From contig CAMBDS010000003.1 in assembly GCA_945865405.1 (NCBI GenBank), positions 12,374 through 76,373 on the forward strand: a stretch of 64,000 nt of DNA, written 5' to 3'. The stretch is from Caldithrix abyssi DSM 13497. Its GTDB lineage: Bacteria; Electryoneota; AABM5-125-24; Hatepunaeales; Hatepunaeaceae. The notes beneath the pieces are model-generated. The model was not told the origin of the DNA, searched no databases, and saw only the letters and a program-made list of their open reading frames with translations. Positions 12,727 through 22,364 of the stretch are shown piece after piece (positions within the stretch are counted from its first letter, which is position 1; each line of letters opens with the position of its first letter). A program made the translations under genes and the position numbers.

Positions 12727-13485
12727 CTACCGGAAAAATGTGCCGTACCAAAGCTTTGCCATTACCAGAAAAACCATAGCCATAAAAACAGGCTTGATAA
12801 ATCCGACGCCTCTTTTCATTACCAGTCCCGACCCAATGGTTGCACCTGCAACCTGCCCCATCCCCATCACCAAACCGATCTGAAAAATGACTTGACCGCC
12901 GATTATAAAGACAATCAGCGACGCGAAATTACTTGCAAAATTCATCACCTTCGTTTTTCCTGTCGCAGAAAGTAGATCGAGTCCAAGAAAAAGAAGTATT
13001 GCCATTGTCCATAGCGACCCGGCCCCAGGCCCGAAAAAGCCATCATAGAAGCCAAGTGTCAGCCCGAAAATCAGGTGAAAAAGCCCGTAATTGATCCGTT
13101 GTTTGGTGGCTACTTCGCCAAACCCGGGCCTAAACAGCATGTAAAAAAACACAGCGGCCAACAGAAACGGAATCAAGTATTTCAGGAATCCTGCCGACAT
13201 TGATTGTACAACCAATGCCCCGCTGGCAGCTCCCACACCAGTACAGAAAACTCCGAACCACTGTTCGTTAAGCTTGACTACCCCTCCACGCGTGTAACGA
13301 TATGCCGCGGTAAAGCTTCCGAACGTTGACCCAAACCTGTTCGTTCCAAGAGCAATGTGAGGCGGAAGCCCCGCCCACAACAACGCCGGAAGTGTAATCA
13401 AGCCGCCACCACCGGCAATGGAATCGACCAGACCGCCGGTGAAGCCGACGGCGGCCATAGTCGCTAATAAAAGAGCATTATCCAA
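12727..13485 (-). CDS. TSUP / TauE-SafE family membrane protein (YfcA-like)
   Basis: GLVDSIAGGGGLITLP, ALGTN, GFYDGFFGPGAG motifs; multiple TM segments. Confidence 0.9.
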   Translation of the reverse strand: MDNALLLATMAAVGFTGGLVDSIAGGGGLITLPALLWAGLPPHIALGTNRFGSTFGSFTAAYRYTRGGVVKLNEQWFGVFCTGVGAASGALVVQSMSAGFLKYLIPFLLAAVFFYMLFRPGFGEVATKQRINYGLFHLIFGLTLGFYDGFFGPGAGSLWTMAILLFLGLDLLSATGKTKVMNFASNFASLIVFIIGGQVIFQIGLVMGMGQVAGATIGSGLVMKRGVGFIKPVFMAMVFLVMAKLWYGTFFR

Positions 13486-13502
13486 TCAGGCGTGGTTGTC
13501 CA

Positions 13503-16500
13503 CTATTCCAGCTTTACATCGAGCCCAAGTCCCATCAACTCATTGATGAGCACATTGAACGATTCAGGGATACCCGGCATCGGTAACAGATCACCCTTGA
13601 CGATAGCTTCGTAGGTGCGCGATCTACCTGACACGTCGTCGGACTTGACCGTAAGGATTTCCTGCAACGTATGTGCCGCACCGTATGCTTCCAGCGCCCA
13701 GACTTCCATTTCACCGAATCTCTGGCCACCGAACTGCGCTTTACCACCCAACGGCTGCTGGGTAATCAGTGAGTAAGGTCCAATACTCCGGGCATGGATC
13801 TTGTCTTCGACGAGATGGGACAGTTTCATCATGTAGATAACGCCAACCGTTACCGGCTGGTCGAACTGTTCGCCTGTTTGTCCGTCATAGATCCGCGTCT
13901 TGCCAGAATTGGAGAGGTTGGCTTCGGCAAGGTTTCTATTGACGTCATCAAGCGTCGCACCGTCGAAAACCGGCGTGCTGAAATGCACTCCAAGTGTCTG
14001 GCCCGCCCAACCCAACGCAGTCTCAAGTAGCTGTCCAAGGTTCATACGTGAAGGCACACCGAGCGGGTTCAGGATCATATCGATCGGCGTTCCGTCGGCA
14101 AGGAAAGGCATATCTTCCATCGGAACGATCCGCCCGACGACACCTTTGTTACCGTGACGACCTGCCATCTTGTCACCGACCTGCACCTTGCGCTTCTGAG
14201 CAACATAGACTTTGGCGAGTTGAACAATTCCGGAAGGAAGTTCGTCACCCACTTGAATCTTGTGCTTGGTATTGCGGTACTGCGTATCTTCCTCAGCAAG
14301 ACGTTCGTGGAACCGTTCGATAAGAAAGTTCGCAATATTGCTCACATCCTCATCCTCGCACCAACGGCAATCTGAGGGAATGTCATTCAGGTTAAGCCCA
14401 TCGATCAGGCTACTGCTGAATCGCTCGCCTTCCTTGATCAGAACTCGTTCACCGTTCCTGTCGGCGATTTCGAATGCAACTGACCCAGTTAGAATTTTGG
14501 CTAGCTCGCGTTTCGTCTCGTGGATTAGATCGGCTCCGGTCTGATCGAAACCGCTCTCAAGGTCTTCGATCTTCTGCTTGTCTTCAAGCCGTGCATCTGC
14601 GTCCTTCCGCTTCCGGCTGAACAGCTTCGTATCGATGACAATTCCGTCCATACCTGGTCGGGCTGTTCGGGAAGCATTTTTGACGTCACCTGCTTTGTCA
14701 CCGAAGATTGCTTTCAGGAGCTTGTCTTCCGGAGTTAGTTCGGTTTCACCTTTCGGCGTCACCTTACCGATCAGAATGTCACCTTCTTTAATGACCGCAC
14801 CGACGCGGATAATTCCGCTTTCGTCGAGATCTTTCGTCGCCTCTTCCGATACATTCGGAATTTCGCGGGTCAGATCTTCCTGCCCACGCTTCGTCTCACG
14901 AACTTGAAGCTCTACCTCTTCGATATGGATCGAGGAAAAAGCGTCGGTTCTTACAAGTCGTTCCGATACAATGATCGAGTCTTCAAAGTTATATCCGTTC
15001 CAGGGCATGAATGCTACGAGGATGTTTCGTCCAAGTGCAAGATCGCCGCGCTCGGTCGCACAACCGTCGGCAAGAACGTCACCCTTCTTCACCACGTCAC
15101 CCGCATCGACGAGCGGACGCTGATTGATGCAGGTATCCTGATTGGTTCGGAAGAACTTTCTCAGCTTATAGTTGACCTTTTCGACTGGCTGTTGACCTTC
15201 ACGATTGCGAGGATCATACATCTTTCGTTCGGCAACAATTTCGTTGGACGAGACCTTGACGATCCGCATGTCCTGGTCGGCAACCAAAAGTGTTCGGGAA
15301 TCACGAGCTGCACGTGCTTCCATACCCGTACCGACAATCGGCGCCTTCGGGATCATTAACGGAACCGCCTGTCGTTGCATGTTGGAGCCCATCAGGGCGC
15401 GGTTTGCGTCGTCGTGCTCGAGGAACGGGATCAATGCCGCAGCAACCGAAACAATCTGATTGGGCGAAACATCCATGTAATCAATACCTTCAGGTCCGGT
15501 AACCGGATAGTCTGAGCGGTATCGCGCACTGATCTTTGCCCCGATAAATTCACCTTTATCATTCAGTTCTGAATTCGCTTGAGCAATCGTCACATGATCT
15601 TCATCGTCGGCATTCAGGTATTCCAATTGCTTGGTCACCTTACCGTTCTTCACCTTGCGATAGGGAGTTTCAACAAAACCGAGTTCGTTGATCCTCGCAT
15701 AGGTGCAAAGACTTGAGATCAAACCGATGTTGGGGCCTTCAGGCGTCTCAATCGGGCAAAGTCGTCCGTAATGGGTATAGTGAACGTCACGAACTTCGAA
15801 GCCAGCGCGCTCTCTGGTAAGACCACCTGGTCCAAGCGCTGACATACGACGCTTGTGGGTCAACTCCGTCAATGGATTGACCTGATCCATAAACTGCGAC
15901 AACTGGTTGGTGCCGAAGAACGTATTAATGACAGATGAGACCGTCCTCACATTGACAAGGTCCTGCGGTGTAAGCTGTTCTGTGTCACGGATGTTCATCC
16001 GCTCCTTGATCGTCCTTGCCATACGGGAAAGAGCAATCGAGAACTGATTGGCGAGCTGTTCGCCGACGGTTCTAACGCGACGGTTGCCAAGATGGTCGAT
16101 GTCGTCCGTTTGTTCCTTGCCGATTCTAAGGTCGAGGACTCGCTTCAAAATGGCGAGGATGTCCTCATTGGTCAGGACAGTCTTTTCGAGGGGGACTTGC
16201 AAGCCAAGCTTGTTGTTGATCCGGTGCCGACCGACGGTTCCGAGATCGTAACGCTTTTCATCGAAGAACAACCTGTCGAGAAGTTTCCGGGCGGTGTCAG
16301 TATCAGGTGGGTCACCATTTCGCAGTTCGCGATAGATGACAGCAAGAGCCTCTTCTCGGTTAGCTGAGCGATCCTTGCGGAAAGTGTTGGTGAGAATATC
16401 ACAACCAACGTCGTTCTCTTCCCGCTTGAGAACCATCACCTTCTTAACGTTCCCTTTCTTCAGTCGCTTGAACGCTTCGATATCGAAGATCTGACCAGCC

Positions 16501-17276
16501 TTCAGTAAAAGCTCGCCAGTCTCGGTATCGACTTCACTCTTAAGCGAAGGCTTACCGTAGAAATCTTTGATGTTCTTGGAGTTTAGAGATACCTCTTCGG
16601 CATGGCCGAACAGATCCCAAATCTGCGAGTCGTCGGAATAACCGACCGCACGGAGGAGGGTCGTAATCGGGAAGCGTTTGCGCCTGTCGATGTAAACGTA
16701 GAGAACATCGTTGATGTCTGTAGTAAATTCAATCCATGAGCCACGAAACGGAATAACACGTGCCGAAAATATGCGTGTACCGTTGGGATGGATCGAATCA
16801 CCAAAGAAAACACCGGGCGAACGATGTAGCTGGCTGACAACTACACGCTCAGCGCCGTTGATTATGAATGTCCCCTCGCTCGTCATCAAAGGCAGGTTGC
16901 CCAGATAGACGTCCGATTCAATGGTGTGTCCGAATTCACCTTCTTCGTCCACATCGTCCCGACTGGATAGACGGAGCTTCGCCTTGAGCGGGGCTGAATA
17001 GGTCACGCCGCGCTCGCGACACTCTTCTATTGAGTATTTGGTCGGAGCAATATAGTACTCGATGAATTCCAAGACGTGTTCTTCACGATTGTCGAGAATC
17101 GGAAACACGTTGAGGAACACCGCCTGCAAACCTTTTCGCTCCCTTTTGTCGGGAGGAATGTTTTGCTGGAGGAATTCCTCGTATGAAGTTACTTGAATCT
17201 CGAGCAGATCGGGCATTTCGAGGACGTGTTGCGTTTTGGCAAACGAAATCCTCGGAATCGAATTTTTGGACTTCAA
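13503..17276 (-). CDS. rpoB: RNA polymerase beta subunit
   Basis: GDKMAGRHGNKG, QRFGEMEVWALEAYG, ETPEGPNIGLI motifs; TTG start. Confidence 0.99.
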   Translation of the reverse strand: MKSKNSIPRISFAKTQHVLEMPDLLEIQVTSYEEFLQQNIPPDKRERKGLQAVFLNVFPILDNREEHVLEFIEYYIAPTKYSIEECRERGVTYSAPLKAKLRLSSRDDVDEEGEFGHTIESDVYLGNLPLMTSEGTFIINGAERVVVSQLHRSPGVFFGDSIHPNGTRIFSARVIPFRGSWIEFTTDINDVLYVYIDRRKRFPITTLLRAVGYSDDSQIWDLFGHAEEVSLNSKNIKDFYGKPSLKSEVDTETGELLLKAGQIFDIEAFKRLKKGNVKKVMVLKREENDVGCDILTNTFRKDRSANREEALAVIYRELRNGDPPDTDTARKLLDRLFFDEKRYDLGTVGRHRINNKLGLQVPLEKTVLTNEDILAILKRVLDLRIGKEQTDDIDHLGNRRVRTVGEQLANQFSIALSRMARTIKERMNIRDTEQLTPQDLVNVRTVSSVINTFFGTNQLSQFMDQVNPLTELTHKRRMSALGPGGLTRERAGFEVRDVHYTHYGRLCPIETPEGPNIGLISSLCTYARINELGFVETPYRKVKNGKVTKQLEYLNADDEDHVTIAQANSELNDKGEFIGAKISARYRSDYPVTGPEGIDYMDVSPNQIVSVAAALIPFLEHDDANRALMGSNMQRQAVPLMIPKAPIVGTGMEARAARDSRTLLVADQDMRIVKVSSNEIVAERKMYDPRNREGQQPVEKVNYKLRKFFRTNQDTCINQRPLVDAGDVVKKGDVLADGCATERGDLALGRNILVAFMPWNGYNFEDSIIVSERLVRTDAFSSIHIEEVELQVRETKRGQEDLTREIPNVSEEATKDLDESGIIRVGAVIKEGDILIGKVTPKGETELTPEDKLLKAIFGDKAGDVKNASRTARPGMDGIVIDTKLFSRKRKDADARLEDKQKIEDLESGFDQTGADLIHETKRELAKILTGSVAFEIADRNGERVLIKEGERFSSSLIDGLNLNDIPSDCRWCEDEDVSNIANFLIERFHERLAEEDTQYRNTKHKIQVGDELPSGIVQLAKVYVAQKRKVQVGDKMAGRHGNKGVVGRIVPMEDMPFLADGTPIDMILNPLGVPSRMNLGQLLETALGWAGQTLGVHFSTPVFDGATLDDVNRNLAEANLSNSGKTRIYDGQTGEQFDQPVTVGVIYMMKLSHLVEDKIHARSIGPYSLITQQPLGGKAQFGGQRFGEMEVWALEAYGAAHTLQEILTVKSDDVSGRSRTYEAIVKGDLLPMPGIPESFNVLINELMGLGLDVKLE

Positions 17277-17602
17277 GCTCTCTCCGGAGAGGTCAACAGG
17301 TGTCGGAATCGAACTGTTTAGATACTAAGTCTTTTTTCACACAATGCGAACTATGCGGGACTGAGTTATCAAACAAACCCTTCGACGGAGTGGCAATTCA
17401 ACTATAAACGTTGAATCCCTCTCTCTTTGTCGATGAAGGGATTTCCAGGATTCGATCTTGCTGTCGGTTTGTCAAACCAGAATTAATTTTGGTCAGCAGA
17501 CAAACCTGTCGATCGGTTGTGTGTGAATTTAGAAGACTGTCTCTGCCCGGCAGGAAACTAATAGGATCATGCCGGGCATTTGTAGCAGATTCAGCTTCTA
17601 AG

Positions 17603-17980
17603 CTACTTGAGTTCGACCACGCCGCCTGCTTCTTCAACCTTGGCTTTGATCGCCATGGCTTCGTCTTTGGAGACGGCTTCTTTGATTGCCTTCGGAGCGC
17701 CATCCACCAGGTCTTTGGCTTCCTTGAGGCCAAGTCCGGTAATTGCACGGACTTCCTTGATTACCTGAATCTTCTTCTCGCCGGAGCTGACGAGGATGAC
17801 GTTGAATTCCGTCTGCTCTTCAACTTCTTCGACCGGAGCGGCTGCGCCGCCCATAGCCATACCGCCACCCATCATCATGGGAGCTGCAGCTGTAACGCCG
17901 AATTTCTCTTCGAGGGCCTTCTTAAGTTCGACCAGCTCGAGGACTGTCATTTTCTCGATTGCTTCAATTATTGCTTGCAC
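17603..17980 (-). CDS. rplL: L7/L12 from an internal in-frame GTG start
   Basis: AGGAGG at 17985-17990, 4 nt upstream of GTG 17980; gives a normal-sized 125-aa L12. Confidence 0.75.
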   Translation of the reverse strand: MQAIIEAIEKMTVLELVELKKALEEKFGVTAAAPMMMGGGMAMGGAAAPVEEVEEQTEFNVILVSSGEKKIQVIKEVRAITGLGLKEAKDLVDGAPKAIKEAVSKDEAMAIKAKVEEAGGVVELK

Positions 17981-18553
17981 GGATCCTCCTGAGGCGCTTA
18001 TTCCCGGTCGTCCCGTTGGATTGGTTCCCGCCATTTCGGCAACCTGCTCCACAACCGAGACGAACGAACGTAGAATTTCATTTAGTACATTCACGAACCC
18101 GCTGAGCGGGCCGACCATAGCTCCCACGACCTGTCCAATCAAGACTGAACGGGGTGGAATGTTCTTGAGTTGCTCTATTTGAGCCGGATCGTATAGGGTG
18201 CCTTCGATCAATCCACCCTTTATCGATGCCTTCTGCTTCTCTCTGATAAAATCGGAGAGAATCTTTATCGGCACAACTGGATCGTCGTATCCGATGAAAA
18301 ACCCGGTCGGTCCGGTAAGTATCTCATCGAGTCCTGTGTGACCCAGCCTTCCCAGCACCAGTGTGGCGAGGGTGTTCTTGGCTACCTTGAATTTAACCCG
18401 GCTTTTGAAGCAGGTTAACCGCAGTTGATCGATATCCGAGACGGGCAGACCGGTGAAGTCTGCCATCACGATGGATCGCGCCTCTTTGAGGACGCTTTCC
18501 AATTCATCAACCGCTGTGATTTTACCCGCGGCGGGTTTTGCTGCACGAATCAT
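17603..18553 (-). CDS. rplJ-rplL: Single 316-aa ORF: ribosomal protein L10 + linker + L7/L12
   Basis: aa 1-174 are L10 (KVAKNTL, GPT, KGGLIEG); aa 192-316 are L12 ([30 protein letters not shown]); no stop codon between them. Confidence 0.9.
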   Translation of the reverse strand: MIRAAKPAAGKITAVDELESVLKEARSIVMADFTGLPVSDIDQLRLTCFKSRVKFKVAKNTLATLVLGRLGHTGLDEILTGPTGFFIGYDDPVVPIKILSDFIREKQKASIKGGLIEGTLYDPAQIEQLKNIPPRSVLIGQVVGAMVGPLSGFVNVLNEILRSFVSVVEQVAEMAGTNPTGRPGISASGGSVQAIIEAIEKMTVLELVELKKALEEKFGVTAAAPMMMGGGMAMGGAAAPVEEVEEQTEFNVILVSSGEKKIQVIKEVRAITGLGLKEAKDLVDGAPKAIKEAVSKDEAMAIKAKVEEAGGVVELK

Positions 18554-18703
18554 TTGTTTTATACCGAAAAGGAAAATTTAATTGTTAAAGTGACTTAGTC
18601 AACTCGAACGCATATAACACTGATCTTATTTTCAATTTAACCCCCTGATAGATGTCAGACTCGTGGCATCAAAACAGTTGGAGTATCACAACACTACAAA
18701 TCT

Positions 18704-18961
18704 TCAGTAGACATCCTTTCGATGTCGCACTTTTACAACGATGATCTGATAAAGCTCATCAAAGATTTCATAGACGACTCGATAATCCCCCACCCTCACT
18801 CTATAAGTGTGAGAATGTCCTCTCAATTTCCGAACACCAACTGGTCGCGGCATCTGCCGAAGCCTTTCTATCGCTTCTTCTACTCGAAGAACGACAATAA
18901 GCGGCAATCCTCGAAGTTCTTTTGCAGCAGACTCACGAAAAGCAATCCCGTACTCAGCCAA
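18704..18961 (-). CDS. RelE/ParE-family type II toxin
   Basis: YRVRVGDYRVVYEI and RHRKDVY motifs; likely TTG start 18961 overlapping the upstream stop. Confidence 0.88.
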   Translation of the reverse strand: MAEYGIAFRESAAKELRGLPLIVVLRVEEAIERLRQMPRPVGVRKLRGHSHTYRVRVGDYRVVYEIFDELYQIIVVKVRHRKDVY

Positions 18962-19145
18962 TGTTGTTTTTTTTTGTTGCAATCTCCGCCTTCAGAACAG
19001 ACCATGGGATTAATGGTTCATCCTTCCGCAATTCACCAGTCAAACCGTCGCAAAAATCCTCAAACTCAACCCCCCATTTCTTCAGATCAACCAAGGCAGC
19101 TTTTCGCTTACCCTTCTCATCGTAAATAAAATCAATGCCTTTCAT
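18954..19145 (-). CDS. Probable cognate antitoxin (63 aa)
   Basis: Small ORF directly upstream of and overlapping the RelE toxin; ends with an E..IPW..LK motif typical of RelB-like partners. Confidence 0.65.
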   Translation of the reverse strand: MKGIDFIYDEKGKRKAALVDLKKWGVEFEDFCDGLTGELRKDEPLIPWSVLKAEIATKKNNIG

Positions 19146-19171
19146 TGCAATCTCCTTATAGACTCATACCC

Positions 19172-19870
19172 CTACTTCACCCCCGCAACCACCGCCTTGT
19201 TAAGCTTCACCCCAGGTCCCATCGTGCTGGAGAGGTGAATCGCCTTAACGTACTGTCCCTTGGCAGTTTGTGGCTTGAGTCGCAGAACCGCCCCAAGCAG
19301 TGAAGTGACGTTATCGAACAACTTCTCTTTCGTGAACGATGACTTACCGACCGGAATATGCAGGATTCCGTACTTATCGACGCGGAACGAAAGACGCCCT
19401 GCCTTGACTTCGGTAACCGCTTCACGAAGATCGTTGGTAACGGTTCCTGTCTTCGGGTTAGGCATCAAGCCGCGAGGCCCAAGGATCTTTCCGACTTTAC
19501 CGACTATTGGCATCACGTCCGGGGTTGCGATGATCGAGTCTATCTCGAACCAACCACCTTGAATCTTGGTGATGAACTCATCTAGTCCAACGTAATCGGC
19601 CCCGGCCTCAGTTGCCTCTTTCCAGCGATCTTCGCGGCAGAGCACAAGAAGTCTGACAGTCTTGCCGATCCCGTGAGGAAGCGAGACCGTCCCGCGAATC
19701 ATTTGATCTGCTTTACGGGGATCTACGTTGAGTGAAATGGTGATTTCAACCGTCTCGTCAAATTTTGCTGTGGCACACTCTTTGACTTTGGCGATTGCAG
19801 GTTCGAGGTCAAACTCGGCGCGGCGATCGATTTTTGCGAACGCGGACTTGAAACGCTTGCTGTGAAACAT
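19172..19870 (-). CDS. rplA: 50S ribosomal protein L1
   Basis: AKFDETVE, RGTVSLPHG, GPRGLMPNPK, STMGPG motifs. Confidence 0.98.
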   Translation of the reverse strand: MFHSKRFKSAFAKIDRRAEFDLEPAIAKVKECATAKFDETVEITISLNVDPRKADQMIRGTVSLPHGIGKTVRLLVLCREDRWKEATEAGADYVGLDEFITKIQGGWFEIDSIIATPDVMPIVGKVGKILGPRGLMPNPKTGTVTNDLREAVTEVKAGRLSFRVDKYGILHIPVGKSSFTKEKLFDNVTSLLGAVLRLKPQTAKGQYVKAIHLSSTMGPGVKLNKAVVAGVK

Positions 19871-19885
19871 TGTCTTCTGATGTTA

Positions 19886-19919
19886 GGAGGTGCATACGGC
19901 TTGAAAAGAGCCTCCCTCC
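19886..19919 (-). promoter_or_regulatory. Possible L1-binding autoregulatory RNA upstream of rplA
   Basis: GGAGG-GA-GGCU(loop)AGCC-GUAUGCA-CCUCC: two stems with an asymmetric internal loop, 15 nt before the ATG. Confidence 0.35.
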
Positions 19920-20019
19920 GGTGTAACTTATCGATTGCGCCATCACATAGATTGACGCATTTGAAAGAGATCTTATGGACGGTACAATCAGTCAAGACTG
20001 ACCGCTTGAAACGAGACGG

Positions 20020-20454
20020 CTATCCCTCTACCGTAATTCCCATATTTCGGGCAGTCCCGGCGATGATGCTCTTCGCTGCTTCCAGAGTATGTGCGTTGAG
20101 ATCGACCATCTTCTGAGTGGCAATCTCACCAAGCTGTGCCGACGTAATCTTGCCGACCTTTTCTTTGTTGGCAACTTTGGAGCCGCTCTTTATCCCGGCC
20201 GCCTGCTTTAACAGGATCGAAGCTGGTGGAGTCTTTACAACGAACGTAAATGACTTATCAGCATATATTGTGATAATAACAGGAAGCACTACCCCAAGCT
20301 GATCCTGGGTACGGGCGTTGAATGCTTTGCAGAACTCCATGATGTTGACGCCGCGCTGACCGAGCGCAGGGCCGACCGGTGGCGAGGGGTTCGATTGTCC
20401 GCCCTTAATCTGGAGCTTGACATAACCGGTTATTTTCTTCTTACTCGGTGCCAT
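20020..20454 (-). CDS. rplK: 50S ribosomal protein L11
   Basis: [29 protein letters not shown] motifs. Confidence 0.98.
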   Translation of the reverse strand: MAPSKKKITGYVKLQIKGGQSNPSPPVGPALGQRGVNIMEFCKAFNARTQDQLGVVLPVIITIYADKSFTFVVKTPPASILLKQAAGIKSGSKVANKEKVGKITSAQLGEIATQKMVDLNAHTLEAAKSIIAGTARNMGITVEG

Positions 20455-20575
20455 TTTCAGTTCCCGTTATTCTGCTGAACGCAGAGTTGGCGACTATGTC
20501 GCTGGTATGGTAATTGTGCCACTTCAGTTAGTGGCTATAGTCTGATAAATCTGTCGCCTGAGAGGCTACCTCAAA

Positions 20576-21172
20576 TTAGGACGGTGAAATGTTCGTCGTA
20601 ATTTGAAGAAAATCGACTTCGACCGGGGTTGATCGACCGAAAATCGAAACCAAAACCTTTGCCTTCCGTTTCTCATGGTTGATTTCTTTGATGGCGCCGA
20701 CAAAATCTTTGAACGGTCCGTCATTGATCTTCACCTTGTCATCAACTTGGAACTGTATGTCCATCGTCACAGATCCACGCTTCTCCTCGACCCGGCCGAG
20801 AATTCGATCAACCTCTTCACGTCGAAGTGGCGGCGGGTCCATCGGATTGCCGGCAAACCCCATCACATTGGGCGCTTCCAGTAACAAATGACGCGATTTC
20901 TCGTTCAGCACAAGCTCGATCAAGATGTAGCCCGGGAAAAAGGTTCGGGTCTTGATCTTCTTCTTGCCTTCCTTCATCTCGACGACTTCTTCTGTTGGAA
21001 TCAAAATGTCGCCAAAAAGTTCCTGAAGCCCAAGCCGTTCTATCTCCTGCGTTATCGCCGTTTTTACAACAGCTTCCATGCTGGTAAATACGCGCAGAAC
21101 GTAAAAACGCTTGACTGGCGGAGATACCTCAGTTGGCTGTGACGTGCTTTTCGTTGATTTGGCAGAGATCAC
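20576..21172 (-). CDS. nusG: Transcription factor NusG
   Basis: FFPGYILI NGN domain; KOW motif GPFKDFVG; VSIFGRSTPVE. Confidence 0.97.
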   Translation of the reverse strand: MISAKSTKSTSQPTEVSPPVKRFYVLRVFTSMEAVVKTAITQEIERLGLQELFGDILIPTEEVVEMKEGKKKIKTRTFFPGYILIELVLNEKSRHLLLEAPNVMGFAGNPMDPPPLRREEVDRILGRVEEKRGSVTMDIQFQVDDKVKINDGPFKDFVGAIKEINHEKRKAKVLVSIFGRSTPVEVDFLQITTNISPS

Positions 21173-21351
21173 AGGATAAACTGAAGAATTCGATTCAGGA
21201 TAAAGTCAATCGAAAATGTAAAGGTCGCAAGTAACAACGACAAGATTACGACAATGGTCGAACTTTCGCGCAACTCTGCCTTCGATGGCCAGATCACCTT
21301 GCCGAGTTCTATCCGAACATCGGCCAGGTATTTCTTAATTTTGTCAATCAA
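21169..21351 (-). CDS. secE: Preprotein translocase SecE
   Basis: EL.KV.WP motif followed by one TM; located between tRNA-Trp and nusG. Confidence 0.93.
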   Translation of the reverse strand: MIDKIKKYLADVRIELGKVIWPSKAELRESSTIVVILSLLLATFTFSIDFILNRILQFIL

Positions 21352-21370
21352 TTGTAACTCCGGAGTGTTG

Positions 21371-21443
21371 CAGGCCCGGAGGGACTCGAACCCCCAACCC
21401 TCGGTTTTGGAGACCGATGCTCTACCAGTTGAGCTACGGACCT
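21371..21443 (-). tRNA. trpT: tRNA-Trp(CCA)
   Basis: Full cloverleaf; anticodon arm TCGGT-CT-CCA-AA-ACCGA; TTCGAGT T-loop; CCA end not encoded. Confidence 0.96.
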
Positions 21444-21451
21444 ACGCATCA

Positions 21452-21604
21452 CTACCGCGATTCCCGATGGACGGTGCGGTTGTGACAGAATGGGCAGAAT
21501 TTCTTATATTCCACGCGCCCGGTCTGCTTGCGTTTGTTCTTGGTTGTAGTATAATTGCGTCGCTTGCATTCGTTGCAGGCGAGGATAACGAGATCACGCG
21601 GCAT
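21452..21604 (-). CDS. rpmG: 50S ribosomal protein L33 (zinc-binding form), absent from the ORF track
   Basis: Translated by hand, 50 aa: [50 protein letters not shown]. Confidence 0.95.
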   Translation of the reverse strand: MPRDLVILACNECKRRNYTTTKNKRKQTGRVEYKKFCPFCHNRTVHRESR

Positions 21605-21689
21605 TTTGCAATCCTTGCTGGAAAATACTCCTCATCGGGAGTAATAGCTTGAAATCTACTCTCAAATCAATAGGGCGGGTCGTTAACGT

Positions 21690-21986
21690 CTAAAGCCTTG
21701 GCCCATTCAGGCCGCGGAGCAATCCGATACCGAGGATGACAAATCCCCCAATACTCAGCCAAATACTGACCGAAAACCACCAGCCATCATGACCGCGACT
21801 AAAAAAAATTGGCAAGAGACCTGCCAACGTAAAGCAAGCCCCCATTATCCGGATCATCAAAGCTGAAATATTATGCAGCCAAGCCTTTTGATTGCTGTGG
21901 CCGTAGAAAATCGGAAGTGGCGCGCTCCCGAAAATAAGGAAATAAGGCCCGATCAGCAGAAAAATAAACAGTGCAAAGAGACCCAT
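21690..21986 (-). CDS. Small hypothetical membrane protein (98 aa, about 3 TM)
   Basis: Hydrophobic ORF; shares a motif pattern with 3001-3294. Confidence 0.6.
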   Translation of the reverse strand: MGLFALFIFLLIGPYFLIFGSAPLPIFYGHSNQKAWLHNISALMIRIMGACFTLAGLLPIFFSRGHDGWWFSVSIWLSIGGFVILGIGLLRGLNGPRL

Positions 21987-22004
21987 CGACTTCCTCCTAT
22001 CGAT

Positions 22005-22355
22005 TTAAGCCATCATCAGCTTCATTGGCTTAAGTTCCCTTTTGAAGGGGTTCAACACAAGTGCAAGTTGCTCAAGTGTGATGACACCCAAAAGTGCAGC
22101 GTCTCCCTTTTGGCCAAGAACCACTCGCGTATGAATCTCGTCGTCGAGAATTTCGATATGACATTCAGATAGGTTTCTGATCATCTCGGTTCCATCAGCC
22201 ATTTCGAAAGTCATGCTTCGCTTCGGCATTATGCCAATTTTCTTCCAAACGAGCTCTGGCAGAAGTGTAAAATGCGCACCGCTATCGACCAGAAATTTCA
22301 CTTCCCGAGAACCTTTCGGACCGGTTACCTTGCCTGTAATATAGACGATGCCCAT
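22005..22355 (-). CDS. Single-domain clan AA (retropepsin-like) aspartyl protease
   Basis: FLVDSGA catalytic motif and C-terminal ALLG; start 9 nt after the tufB stop. Confidence 0.85.
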   Translation of the reverse strand: MGIVYITGKVTGPKGSREVKFLVDSGAHFTLLPELVWKKIGIMPKRSMTFEMADGTEMIRNLSECHIEILDDEIHTRVVLGQKGDAALLGVITLEQLALVLNPFKRELKPMKLMMA

Positions 22356-22364
22356 TAGCTGCCC

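Noticed and set aside
17398-17748. 116-aa minus-strand ORF overlapping the rplL end
   Set aside because: Out-of-frame overlap with rplL running into the rpoB leader; no motif.
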